A stretch of DNA of 63,211 nt, filler included, from Octopus bimaculoides (taxonomy: Eukaryota): NCBI RefSeq assembly GCF_001194135.2. It is 7 parts of 7 records of this genome, joined end to end, with 100 filler letters (N's around TTAATTAATTAA, not from the genome) between each part and the next. Parts side by side here need not be neighbours in the genome. Positions count along the whole stretch, not along the records: positions 40,079 to 50,869 come from NC_068994.1; positions 50,970 to 57,057 come from NC_068981.1; positions 57,158 to 62,069 come from NC_068999.1; positions 62,170 to 63,211 come from NW_026364426.1; 3 more parts are not named here. One strand, given 5' to 3'. The notes under the pieces were generated by a model, which searched no databases, was not told the DNA's origin, and saw only the letters and a list, made by a program, of their open reading frames with translations. The first letter of the stretch is position 1. Each line of letters opens with the position of its first letter. The translations under genes and the position numbers were made by a program. Shown piece after piece: positions 50,506-63,211 of this stretch.

Positions 50506-50723
50506 ATCCCATCCCCACATTTTCACACCTACGCATACAAGCATGCACACGTCAAGATCACCATCAATCTCTTACATACGCGCACCTTTGTTTTGGGATC
50601 ACTACTACTTTGTTATTTCCCCTTCTTCTTAACTTTTCTGTGCGACCCTTCTGTCCGGCATTCGCCATGCTAGATCGCTAACCACTACACACATATTTTC
50701 TTTCCTTGTTTCTTTCTGTGTTC

Positions 50724-50758
50724 CTTTCTGTAGAAGAGCGTAGGCTCGAAACGTTAAA
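50724..50758 (+). ncRNA. Variant minimal hammerhead-like motif (same family as 8334)
   Basis: cttt-CTGTAGA-a-gagc(gtag)gctc-GAAA-c-GT-t-aaa. The downstream tail is homologous to 8370-8460. Confidence 0.45.
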
Positions 50759-50968
50759 TACTTTTTTCTATTCCCGAGCGTTATACTGATACATCTGTTT
50801 GTTTTCTACATCACGTGTCTCCGTCTGTTGTTTTTTGTGAATTATCCCTATATATATATATATATATATNNNNNNNNNNNNNNNNNNNNNNNNNNNNNNN
50901 NNNNNNNNNNNNNTTAATTAATTAANNNNNNNNNNNNNNNNNNNNNNNNNNNNNNNNNNNNNNNNNNN

Positions 50969-51370
50969 NGCGGTCCGTTTCTTCAGCTGTGTTGTCCACC
51001 CGTTCCGCATCGGGAAATGGAACATCTTCGGGCGCTGAGAAGTGTTTGGATGAACACGGTGTCGGCATGGTTGTTGGTGTTGATGTTGATCATGCTACAG
51101 CTGAATCTGCTGATGGTGCTGCTGCTGTTGTCGCTGGAGTTCTGGTGGCCGATGTTGGTGTAGAGAGGAGAGGTGCCCGTCTCTCTTTTTCGTTTTATTT
51201 AGGGCAGACGGCTTTTAAATGCTTAGGTGAAAAGCAAAGGTGGTACTTTGTTTTTCTTCCATCTACTCTGACTGGAATTATACTGCCACCAGGAAGAAGG
51301 ATCTGGTCTGGGATGAGATTCGCATTCTTTTGTATTGTTTGAATGAAGAGTTCTAGGTCATCAGTGACCT
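50969..51370 (-). mobile_element. Second L1/Tx1-like ORF1 fragment with zinc knuckle
   Basis: Minus frame DLELFIQTIQKNANLIPDQILLPGGSIIPVRVDGRKTKYHLCFSPKHLKAVCPK* (knuckle with first C mutated to Y), then a Thr/Ala/Pro-rich tract with stops. Confidence 0.6.
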
Positions 51371-51599
51371 AATATTATTATCATTATTATTATTATCATT
51401 AGTAGTAGTAGTAGTAGTAGTATGTTTGATTTTTGCTTTGTATTTGTGCAAGTTGGCTGCATGTCCCCCCCCCCCGAGACCTCAAGAGATAAGATAGAAG
51501 TTCATGTTGGTGTTATGCCTAGGGTGTCATGTATTTGGTTTTGTACATAATATTGTTTTTGAGAATGTGTTATTATTATCATTATTATTATTATTATTA

Positions 51600-51810
51600 T
51601 CCTTTCCAATAAAGGCACAAGGCCTGAGATTTTCAGAGTGGGGACTAGTCAATTTTATCGACCCAAGTGTTTCACTGGTACTTAATTTATTGACCCCCAA
51701 AAGGATGAAAGGCAAAGCGGACCTCGGTGGGATTTGATCTCAGAACTTAAAGATTCGGAAAAAATACTGCAAGAAATTAATTGCAACCCTCTAACGATTC
51801 GATCAGCTCG
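51600..51810 (-). mobile_element. SINE family A copy
   Basis: Family A core on the minus strand. Confidence 0.75.
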
Positions 51811-54439
51811 ACACACATATACATTGTAATAACAAAGATAGTATCTTACCTCGTAGCAACCCACAACATCTATAATGAAATATATGATAGCTTTACTTTT
51901 TTCATTTCTGTGGAAACAAGTAAATAAATAACAACATTAAAAAGAAATCAAAGTTATATAATAATAATTGTCAACATATTTACAAAGCTGGGAAAGGAAG
52001 AGTCGACTATATCGACCAAATATTTTATTTATCGATCTCTGAATGATGAAAGGTAAAGTTGACTCCAGTGGCAGTTCACATACTCGATACCACTAGCCAC
52101 TTAAGGGTCTTCTACATAGAGTAGAGAGCATTTACATGCGTGTACGTACTTACATACACACACATATCTCTTCCCCTTCTCTCAGATTCCTCTGACTCCG
52201 AAATTTCATCGTCAGGATATATCAGAGTAACAATAAAGGACATATATTTATTAGAGGGCGACAAAGATAGCTTTTGACTATTTCTTTGATGCGAAACCTG
52301 GAGATTGCGATTCCAAAGATAAGTCGTGTGGTTTTAGATACACATGTGAACAAATCATTCGATGTGTTTGAATAGAAAGGGCGCGCAGTGAAAATAAATC
52401 CTCATTTTGATGAACATCTGTCGGTAGGTGCTATTCTGGGAAGTTGTGTGCATTTTTAGAACAGTTCCCGACCACTTAAGAATAGCAATGGATCGGAGAT
52501 AATGGGTTTGTACCAACTCCATAACTTTTCGCATTTGTTGGCAGTAGAGAAGCGATAACTGTGTATAAGAAACGGTTAAAGATGAGTAACATTGCGAGAG
52601 GCAAATCTCCTGGTCATCGCAATGGGCTTTATGGGTACGTGTCACACACTTCGTAGACGTTTATCATGACTGGCAGAAAACTGAGAACATTCTCTGAAGC
52701 GTTAACTGACAAGGTGTGGTGTTACAGGGGAAGGACACAAGCCAAGGAAACATCGTGGACAGCATCTGATCCATAGCTCTGCTGCGTGTAGAGTTTTGAG
52801 AATTAGTGCAGGGCAGTGCTCGCGAAGAGACTGATGCTTGTCGTACTTGGTGTAGCTAGAAGCGCACAGACTTGTGCTATTTCCATCAGATGTATTCATA
52901 ACTACCTCCACCTCATGCCATTCATCGTTGCGAAGTTGGGTAAAATGAATTGCTCCAGTGGGGCTCAAATCCCCTGGCATCAATTCAAAGCTCTCGATAA
53001 TACTTAGTGGCTCTTCTCAGTACAGCTAGTTTCGATATCATTTCAGAGGATGGATTTCATCAATCTATAGTAAAAACTGCTCTGTAGTCAGGATGAATGG
53101 CCACCGGTGTGATCCATTAGGAATCATGCCCAATCAGCCAGAGAGTGAAGCATGTATAGGGGTTCCTGGATAGTGAACAGCTGTTGTTACAGTTTGATAG
53201 GCACATCTTTTCACAGTTGATCTCTTTCATTGGACTGCTGTCTCGGATCAAGTGAAGGTCAATATTGGGTATTTGACGCTGCCATGAGCTCGCAGTTTTC
53301 TACCAATCAAGCAAACGGTGATATATCTCATGCTTTACAGAATTAAAGATGGGCAAGAGTATCAACATACAGTAGATTCCATGCGTCGACGAAAATTAAC
53401 TGAAAATTCTATTCCGGCCAGCCAGGGTACATAGACACTTTTCTCAAAATCTCCTAGCCTAGCATTGCCATTTCGGAATAAAGTCTAAAAGCTGCCAAAG
53501 CTGCCTGAAATGTGCACAGAAGAAGGAAACCGTTCAATACACACTAGATCTATATCCCGGCGTTGTATAATTATATTGAATAGTGTCGAATGTTTGTGCA
53601 ATAATTACGTTGACTCTGAATTCTTATGGAGTTATATTGAATAGGTGTTGTCTCATGCAGGAGGGATCTAGTTATGTACCAAATCGCAGCACTAATATTG
53701 TATTTTAAATTCCTGTTGTTTTATTTCTAGTAACCTGATAAGTTAGAGAAAATTTGCTAAAACAAATATTTTGATGAACGAAAGGAAAAGAATTGAACAA
53801 TGTTAGTGAGCATATAAGAAGTGGAGAACTTACGACGTTTCAACTGGACCAGGAGCTGAATGTGGTTGTGTATATTTCACAAAAACCAATACGCTAATAT
53901 ACAGAAATGCTGCAATACCGGCAGTACTATAATAAATATTAAAAAAAACTTCATTTATTTGAAAGACAATCTGGGCTTAAATTCTGCTTTGTATTTTACT
54001 AATTCTTGAAGAATGCAAGTACAGCACATGTTAATTGTAAATTATGTAATCTGTTTCGATAAATATAATTATTTTGAAGAGTGAAAAGTGTAAAGTTTCT
54101 AGATCTTGTCTTTCAGTGGGCAGCAGAGGAAGATAAAAATTGTAGCCTTGCTTGTAAATGAAGATAGAAGGAAATACAATAAAAGAAGGCTATTAAGAAT
54201 GATGTATGGGAACAAATGTAGAAGCCTACATCCAAATCATCAACACATTTGTCTTTCTCTATACCTTCATAATTTTGGTATTCTAACTGCGAATTAAATT
54301 CTCCGATCATCATTCCTAATATATCTTTCTCCGGATATANNNNNNNNNNNNNNNNNNNNNNNNNNNNNNNNNNNNNNNNNNNNNNNNNNNNNNNNNNNNN
54401 NNNNNNNNNNNNNNNNNNNNNNNNNNNNNNNNNNNNNNN

Positions 54440-55853
54440 ATCTAGACAACCATGACTTTAGTAGATTCTGCCCCACGAGGTCACAAAGGGAAAGACCACC
54501 TCAGCAGTGAAGAAAAGCACCGCAGAGCGCTGGAGTGGCAGGACCACACCCACCCAAGACCCTGAGAACAACAATCAGATGAAAAGAATGATTTCATAAT
54601 GCAATAGGGGCTAGCATAAGAACCACCTTGAAGAACACCATAGTAACGTTTAACAGGAAACTTTACATGCAGGTTCAGGGACAGCCATTAGTGTCGGTAT
54701 AGCTGAGGATGAGGCCGGCCTCTACATGACCTGGTGGGACAGAAATCTTAAACAACCTTTTGCAGAGCAGTCCACAATTCTTTTACTTTATTGTAGGTAT
54801 GTAGACGACATTAAAATTCTAGTAACGGTAATGTAGAAACCGAAAGGAACATAATGGAGAGAATCCAGCATGTAACTAATTCCATCCACCAAAGTATCAA
54901 GGTAACTATAGATTACCCCACTAGGCACCCTAACAATAAACTCCCGGTCTTTGGTACTGGTTGGAGACTGTGAACAACAGAGTGAAAAATCCTCCACTCC
55001 TATTATATGAAACCCATAGCTTCGAAATATGTTGTTCACAAGAACTCAGCTTTGTCACACAACATGAAAATCAACATAATGGTAACAGACTTAGTTAGGA
55101 TAATGTGTCCCCTCTATGCAGACCCTATGAAAAAAGAAATATGTACAGAACTTCATGCACTGCATGCAGTTCTCTGGATATGATCAGAAAGACAGGGTTC
55201 GGGTATACAGGGGAGCTAGAAAGAAGTTATATAGCATTATATGTAATGAAACCAGTGGCACCTGCCCTAGATATAGAAGTAAAGTCTGGAATAGAATACA
55301 AAGAGTTTATGAAAAAGCAAACAGGGTGAACAGGTGGTACAAGACCGACAAATATCAAGGAACGATGTTTGTAGAGGCCACAGCCCATGGGGAACTAGCC
55401 CGTAGATTTAGGAAAGCTCTGAAGGAGACCAAATTCAACATTAAGATCGTTGAAAAGCCAGGGAGCTCCATCAGATCACAACTATGAAGGACATACTCTT
55501 TTGAGAATGCCACATACACCAATGATAACTGCATGGTATGTAAGATTAACCCTAGCATTAACTGTAGAACTAGAAATGTAGTCTACAGTATAAGGTGCCT
55601 AGAAGGTGCTTGTAAAGACGAAAACATGATATACATAGGCAAGACATCGAGGATCATTGCGGAAAGACTAAATGAACATTTGAGACATGACGACAAAAAA
55701 CAATCCTCCATACTCTACCAACATGGAGGCAACTTGGATCAACTTGACATCCGCATTTTATCCAAGCACCCGAAGGACCCAACACTCAGACAAATACAGG
55801 AGTACGTCCTCATAAATGTAACATCCCCAGTACCAAATAGGAAATATACGTAG
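54440..55853 (+). mobile_element. Decayed Penelope-like element (RT plus GIY-YIG endonuclease)
   Basis: AGLYMTWWDRNLKQ...LYCRYVDDIKIL, MKPIASKYVVHKNSALSHNMK, and CRTRNVVYSIRCLEGAC...IYIGKTSRIIAERLNEH (GIY-YIG). Frameshifted; the 5' end is in a gap. Confidence 0.88.
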
Positions 55854-57459
55854 TAGGTAGTCATACCCCTATACACACATTTTTTTATATAAATATATAC
55901 AGGTAGAATAGTTAGCAGGCTGTTATGTAGGCGTGTGTGCTTGTGTGTGTGTATGTGCATGTGTGTGTATATATGCGTGTATATATATATATATATATAT
56001 ATNNNNNNNNNNNNNNNNNNNNNNNNNNNNNNNNNNNNNNNNNNNNNNNNNNNNNNNNNNNNNNNNNNNNNNNNNNNNNNNNNNNNNNNNNNNNNNNNNN
56101 NNNNNNNNNNNNNNNNNNNNNNNNNNNNNNNNNNNNNNNNNNNNNNNNNNNNNNNNNNNNNNNNNNNNNNNNNNNNNNNNNNNNNNNNNNNNNNNNNNNN
56201 NNNNNNNNNNNNNNNNNNNNNNNNNNNNNNNNNNTATATATATATATATATATATATATGCATATATATGTAGGTAAATGGATATAAATGTAAACATAGA
56301 CATACAGATAGATAGGTACATAGGTAATGTGAACAGACATGCACACATATGGAGACACACATCCATGCATAACAGAGGCACGAACATAGTCACAAAAGCC
56401 GACACAGATACACTCAGACATGCACACACGAGGAGACAGAGGTACACACACTCACACATACAAACACAAAATCACGAACACACAAACACATGGATATGCA
56501 GAATACATATATACAAAAGCACACACATGCATACATATATGTATGCATGCACATACATACATACATACATACATACATACATACATACATACATACATAA
56601 TGTGCATGCATGCGCTCACTGACCCACACACATGTGCACACAAAAAAAACAAAAAGAACGTAGCTCAGATAACGGATAGAGTCAACGACTACTGAAAAGG
56701 TTGTGAGACGCAACGAAAATTTTAGAAAAATAAATAAGTAAATGAGTGGAAACTGAACTGGTGAGTGTGTTAAATAATAAGGCACTAAAAGAGAATGACT
56801 CTCCCCAGACACAACAATATATATGTATGTATGTGTGTATGTATGTATGTATGTTATCAATCAGTTTCATTTCTGTATTTCTTGTCAATAGAGAAAGAGC
56901 CGGACTCTAACATAGATTCAAGACTCCTTCATTGGAACTTTTATCAACATCATCTAGGTATTTGTGCATATGTGTGTGTGTGTGTGTGCAGTATTTGGTG
57001 TTAGTGTATGCGCAGATTTGTATGTTTGTTTTATGGATGCGTTTTTATGTATATATTNNNNNNNNNNNNNNNNNNNNNNNNNNNNNNNNNNNNNNNNNNN
57101 NTTAATTAATTAANNNNNNNNNNNNNNNNNNNNNNNNNNNNNNNNNNNNNNNNNNNNATATATATATATATAAATTTTAAATTTTCATAAACATTTTCTC
57201 ACAAAATATGGCCGGAAAGCCAGCGATTACACCTTGCTTTTACCATAGGTGGAATTAAGTAGGGACTGTCATTCCCAACTTCCTCACGAAATCCTTCCAT
57301 CTTTTCTCATATATACTTCGCGACAGGTGTCTTCTCTCCAGCCCTATCTTGCTCTTCAGGTGGTACCTGAAGTAGAACAGCAAACCAGGGCCGGAGATGA
57401 AGAATCCTGTCACGATTAGAGCTATCTATGTGTGGACCAAAAGTAGCAAGAGACATACA

Positions 57460-59375
57460 GCCTAAAGGAAAGCGCCTAAAATCTCTCCAATCTGAACTTC
57501 CACAAAGCAGACTGGAAATCGATCCAAAAACAGATCCTCAGACAGGACTGGTCGAAATGTGTCTCCACACCAGACATTGACGTGAAACTAGAATATTTCA
57601 TGTCTGTTGTCCAAGCCATATGCCAGAAATATGTCCCAGAGCACAAGGCCAACATAAAAAGGAACAAGATTCCAAGGGAGAGGAAGATCCTCATGAGACG
57701 ACAGACGAAGGTTGCAAGTCGCTTCAACTAACACTCCAAAAGTAGCGAAAGGTCCCGCCTAAAAACAACACTGATGGAGATTGAAAAAAGCCTGCAACAA
57801 TCCTATATGAGGGAGAGAGCAGACAAAGAAGCAAACTCAACGGCTGGTCCTGGTGCTTTCCCAGCAATCCTCCTCTAATCGTGTAAGCGTGCCTTGGCGA
57901 AACCACTACAGATTTTCTTCCAGAGCTTTCTTGCAAATGGCAGGCTGCCAAGCAAACTGAAAGAGGGAATAATATGCCCAATCTGTAAAGGAGGAAGCAG
58001 AGCAGATGCCAAAAACTATAGCCCTATCTCTTTAACTTCACATATCAGCTAAGTCGTGGAACGGATAGTCAGAGGGAAACTAATCGCATTCCTTGAAGAA
58101 AACGACTTGCTGAGTGATATCCAGCATGGCTTTCGACCAGGCAGGAGCTGCCTGAACCAGCTCTTACTGCACTATCACTGGACGTTGAGGCAGTTACTCA
58201 ACAACACAAATGTGGACTTAATATAACTTGACTTTGCAAAAGCTTTTGATAAAGTGGATCATGGTATGATATGCCACAAACTGCGTGATCTCGGCATAGT
58301 TGGAAATCTTGGAGAGTGGTTACATGACTTTCTGAAAGTTAGCAGTCAGGCAGTAGTGGCCAATGGAGCCACCTTAAAGAAAACACAAATAGTGAGCGGT
58401 GTTCCACAAGGAACTGTCTTGGGACCACTGCTTTTCATAGTGGCCCTTTCAGATATGCCCAGATAGCCACTCTTGCTAGCTACGCAGACGATACGAAAGT
58501 CTCGCAGAAAATACAGAACCCCAGCGATGTTGCACACCTGCAGCAGGATTTGGACTCAATTTACAGATGGGCTGAGGATAATAATATGCAGTTTAATGCT
58601 GAAAAATTCCAAGCCCTGCACTACCAGCATCCAGAACCTGAGTATTGACATGAGTGATGATACCTCTTTCCAAGTGTACATTACCAAGATGGTGACAAAG
58701 TGCAGACGACTGGCTGGCTAGATCCTGAGAACGTTCAGAACCAGAGAGAAGGAAACCATGATGGTCCTCTGGAGAACATTTGTCCTCAGCCGCCTGGATT
58801 ACTGCTCCCAGCTATGGTCACCCTACAGTGTAAAATTACTAGCGGACCTTGAAGCAATCCAGCGAAGCTTCACAAAGAAGATCGTCTCATTACAACAGCT
58901 CAGCTACTGGGAAAGGCTGAAAAAGCTAAGACTCTACTCCCTGGAGCGAGGGCGGGAGTGGTATGCAGGAAGGTATTCTGGAAGGAAGTGTGCTAAATTT
59001 TGACATTGAAAGCTACACAAATGCCAGAACGGGTCGACACTGCACAGTATCAAAGATCCCAGCAATGCCATCGCGCTTCAGGACCAGTTACTGCAACAGT
59101 CTGGGTTTCAAGGGCTCACAGCTTTTTAATATTCTCCCCCAAGAGCCTGAAGGACCTACACAAAGTGGATATAGGTGTTTTCAAATCAAAATTGGACCTC
59201 TTCCTGTCGAGAGTCCCAGATGAACCTACCTCGTGGCAAGAGGTGCAAATGTGGGTAGCGACATCAAACTCCTTATTCACCAAATGCTACATATTAGAGA
59301 AGGCTCTCAATAATAACAGTGTAACAAAAGGGTGATGCCCCAGCATGGCCACAGCTCTGAGCTGAAACTGAAAAC
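57460..59375 (+). mobile_element. Decayed CR1/L2-group LINE ORF2 with 3' end
   Basis: NFHKADWKSIQKQIL; YSPISLTSHISKVVERIV; QHGFRPGRSCLNQLL; LDFAKAFDKVDH; SGVPQGTVLGPLLF; YADDTKV; VLSRLDYCSQLWSP. Ends gccccagcatggccacag...gctgaaactgaaaac. Confidence 0.93.
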
Positions 59376-59384
59376 ATATATATA

Positions 59385-59440
<56 letters not shown>

Positions 59441-59839
59441 ATAATAATAATAATGATTTTACATAATAAAATGACAACAAAAGAATGAGACCTCGATATT
59501 AGAAAAATAGAGGATTTTATATATGTATAGTTTAGGACAATCAGTAAGTTGTCATAATAGGACTCAGAGTTTCAAGTGCTGGAACTAAAAGCATTCTCAT
59601 CGGCTATAATGACAATAGACGCTTTAAAAAACCGTTGAATTAAAGGGAAGTTAGTCTAATAGGTAGGATAAAATATTAAAAAATACACGCAACCATATTC
59701 TCACAATACATAGAAACCTACTGCGTTCATAATGTCTACATACATACACACTCACACAAACATGTATATATACACGCCCATACACACACAAACATATATG
59801 TGCATTTATGTACTCATACACCTATCCACACACACACAC

Positions 59840-59875
<36 letters not shown>

Positions 59876-60979
59876 NNNNNNNNNNNNNNNNNNNNNNNNN
59901 NNNNNNNNNNNNNNNNNNNNNNNNNNNNNNNNNNNNNNNNNNNNNNNNNNNNNNNNNNNNNNNNNNNNNNNNNNNNNNNNNNNNNNNNNNNNNNNNNNNN
60001 NNNNNNNNNNNNNNNNNNNNNNNNNNNNNNNNNNNNNNNNNNNNNNNNNNNNNNNNNNNNNNNNNNNNNNNNNNNNNNNNNNNNNNNNNNNNNNNNNNNN
60101 NNNNNNNNNNNNNNNNNNNNNNNNNNNNNNNNNNNNNNNNNNNNNNNNNNNNNNNNNNNNNNNNNNNNNNNNNNNNNNNNNNNNNNNNNNNNNNNNNNNN
60201 NNNNNNNNNNNNNNNNNNNNNNNNNNNNNNNNNNNNNNNNNNNNNNNNNNNNNNNNNNNNNNNNNNNNNNNNNNNNNNNNNNNNNNNNNNNNNNNNNNNN
60301 NNNNNNNNNNNNNNNNNNNNNNNNNNNNNNNNNNNNNNNNNNNNNNNNNNNNNNNNNNNNNNNNNNNNNNNNNNNNNNNNNNNNNNNNNNNNNNNNNNNN
60401 NNNNNNNNNNNNNNNNNNNNNNNNNNNNNNNNNNNNNNNNNNNNNNNNNNNNNNNNNNNNNNNNNNNNNNNNNNNNNNNNNNNNNNTACATACATACATA
60501 TGCACCCTCCTATCACATACCTACAGCCGCAGATATACAAGCATATGCATATACGTATAAAAGAAGGAGTCGTGTGCATGAAAGTCGCACTTATGCACAG
60601 GATAAGTCCTACACTCATATACATACATACATGCATACACATATATACACACACGTACACATTTAATATATACGTACATATACATATACTCACACACGTA
60701 TACAATCACACAATTAAAAAGGAAAAAATGAAAAAATATACATAAAACAATAAAAAAATGTTAAGACATAAGGAAATCTTGTGCAGGAACATAGTAAAAA
60801 TGCAGATTCTATCCGAGATCGGGAGTGTGGGGAGCAAAACCATAACAAGTATTTTGTGATATGTGGACATGATCTAAAAAGTTCAGTTCTTGAATTTAGA
60901 CATGTAGTGGGGCCCAAGGAACTTTTTCCAGATGAGCCATCTTTCCATATCACAAAGAACGCACTTGCCACTACCGTTG

Positions 60980-61300
60980 GTATAAGGTTTATACCTGACC
61001 GAGATCTTCCAGTAAATCTTTTAGCTGACACCTTCAGCTTCAGACACTGGGATGAACGAAAAACGACCAAATTATCCGGTCATATTATATGGGTCTTAAA
61101 AAAAACAAGGTAGATTTGAAAAATTATAATGTATAAAGATGACACATGTGCTCTCTATTTGTCCCATAATGATATGGTAATTATTAGCGCCCTTGCTGAT
61201 GAAGAACACGGATAACATTAATGTTCGAAATCTAGGTACAAGTGGTAACTATTGAAAATGTTTTTATTTTTCATCCCCTTCGAAATTACTTTTAACCGTG
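60980..61300 (+). mobile_element. Penelope-like element 3' fragment (GIY-YIG C-terminus plus 3' UTR)
   Basis: DTFSFRHWDERKTTKLSGHIIWVLKK matches the PLE endonuclease C-terminal SF(R/K)HxxxxxxTxLSxHIWxLK pattern. A hammerhead motif follows. Confidence 0.65.
61192..61242 (+). ncRNA. Minimal type I hammerhead ribozyme motif (near intact)
   Basis: cttg-CTGATGA-a-gaaca(13 nt)tgttc-GAAA-tctagg-TA-caag. Stem I is cttg/caag, stem II is gaaca/tgttc, stem III is near-palindromic A(T)CTAGGT, and the cleavage triplet is GUA at 61236-61238. Confidence 0.72.
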
Positions 61301-61372
61301 GTTTGGGCTTGACTGTTCCTTTTAGCATGTAAGGTGTCCGGTTAGGGTATAAATATACACTANNNNNNNNNN

Positions 61373-61439
<67 letters not shown>

Positions 61440-61609
61440 TGTAAACAGAGTTAGCGGTTATAATAACCGACTAAGGGAAAAAATATCCGTATGTATTTTC
61501 GGTATCCGTTACCCGTGTTATCCCCGGGCATTGGTGTGCAGGCACACTATACGCGTAGAGTGCAGGTAACAACAGGATGAACAAGAGTTTATGAGGAAAC
61601 AAATACAAA

Positions 61610-62036
61610 TAATCAGAAAATGAGGAAAATCTCAGATTAACAAACATATCGATTGGACCACATTTAATACAAAGCATGACGTAACAAATAGGAGACGTAA
61701 CAAATAGGAGACATAACAAATAGGAGACGTAACAAATCTTACGGCCGTTTCCGCATCCTATAAGCAATTGCGAAAATAATATTCTTCATCTTCATAGGAC
61801 ATTCGAATTAAGGCACGGAGCTTCATCAGATTAAAAAACAAGAGCATCCAATATAAACAAAGGGAAGAAGGAAAAGGAAATAAAACATGGCCATGTTTTG
61901 GCAGCGGATGTGGAAACGGCCGTAAGATTTGTTATGTGACCTATTTGTTACGTCATGCTTTGTATTAAAGAATAAGCTATAAATGTGGTCCAATCGATGT
62001 GTTTGCTAATCTGAAGTTTTCTCCATTTTCTGATTA
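61610..62036. mobile_element. MITE with long TIRs containing 16-bp subrepeats
   Basis: About 61610-61759 is inverted at about 61906-62036. Unit acgtaacaaataggag occurs about 4 times in the left arm and about twice in the right. Confidence 0.8.
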
Positions 62037-62234
62037 TACACACACACAGACACACACACACACACACATNNNNNNNNNNNNNNNNNNNNNNNNNNNNNNN
62101 NNNNNNNNNNNNNTTAATTAATTAANNNNNNNNNNNNNNNNNNNNNNNNNNNNNNNNNNNNNNNNNNNNTCATTTATCTATATGTGTGTGTGGGTGTTGG
62201 TATGAGTTTGCGTGTGTGTGCGTATATACATATG

Positions 62235-62305
<71 letters not shown>

Positions 62306-62320
62306 ATATATATATATATC

Positions 62321-62657
62321 GTGGCACTCCGTCGGTTACGACGTTGAGGGTTCCAATTGATTCGATCAACGGAACAGATCCGTGTATCCTTAACGTACTT
62401 CTCGGTGAGATTCAGCGCGACACAAAGTGTGACAAAGCTAGCCCTTTAAAATACAGGAAAAACAGAAACAGGAAGAGGGAATGAGAGCAAGTTGTAGTGG
62501 AAGATTACAGCAGGGTTCACCGCCATTCCTTGCCGGGGCCTCGTCGAACTTTAGGCGTTTTCGCTCAATAAACACTCACAACGCCCGGTCAGGGAACCGA
62601 AACCGGGATCTTACGATCACGAGTCCGCTACCCTAACCACTGGGTCATTGTGCCTCC
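62321..62657 (-). mobile_element. SINE family C copy with internal deletion
   Basis: Reverse complement matches 16033-16412 except for about 45 nt missing in the tail. Confidence 0.85.
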
Positions 62658-62699
62658 ACTCAGGAGACAACTATAACGATGGTAGGGCTTGAATATTAC

Positions 62700-62830
62700 A
62701 AGGCAGAAACGTTAGCACGCCGGGCGAAATGCTTAGCGGTATTTCGTCTGCCCTTACATTCTAAGTTCAATTTCGCCGAGGTGAACTTTGGCTTTCATCC
62801 TTTCGGGATCGATAAATTAAGTACCAGTTA
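62700..62830 (+). mobile_element. SINE family A copy (3'-truncated)
   Basis: ggcagaaacgttagcacgccgggcgaaatgcttagcggtatttcgtctgcc...gatcgataaattaagtaccag. Confidence 0.85.
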
Positions 62831-63033
62831 CATACTGAGGTTCTTTTCTCTAAAACTATATATATATATAAAATGTAATTGCATGCATTTATAAAAAAGA
62901 TCTTTCCATGAATGCTTACATTTGTCAAACAAAAGAATTTATCATACGATTGTTTCCATTCCTATCATAAACAAATTGTCAAATATTATTAACAAATTGC
63001 CATTGTTAAAATTTTGTATACTTTGTTTTACAT

Positions 63034-63075
<42 letters not shown>

Positions 63076-63211
63076 CATCTTCTTACTATATAGCTACTTT
63101 ATGTCTCCCAAATCTCTCAATCGCTATATGTTTATATATACATATTACATATTACATATATACACATATATATATACATACATAAAACGTGAGCCCTTGC
63201 GTATATAAAGT

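Overview
Eukaryotic, AT-rich, microsatellite- and SINE-dense DNA with about 7% assembly gaps. The repeat families look like those I associate with octopod cephalopods; that assignment is inference. The one host gene I can support is a partial, multi-exon + strand gene at about 25.2-39.5 kb. Its exons splice in frame, by hand, into the end of MAM domain 1, a complete divergent MAM domain 2 and the start of MAM domain 3. After a gap come the C-terminal half of a SEA domain (NGSLIV motif) and two 21-nt symmetric Thr-rich microexons. The first MAM2 exon is present twice around a 10-N gap, and the two versions differ by 8 amino acids confined to one loop. The rest of the window is transposon debris: CR1/L2-like, CRE-like, L1/Tx1-like, RTE and Penelope-like retroelements, Tc1/mariner and other DNA transposon relics, Helitron ends, long foldback MITEs, five tRNA-derived SINE types and a 28S rRNA fragment. 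Five Penelope-type minimal hammerhead ribozyme motifs were found by eye, one nearly intact. Everything was read and translated manually with no database searches, so repeat boundaries are approximate.
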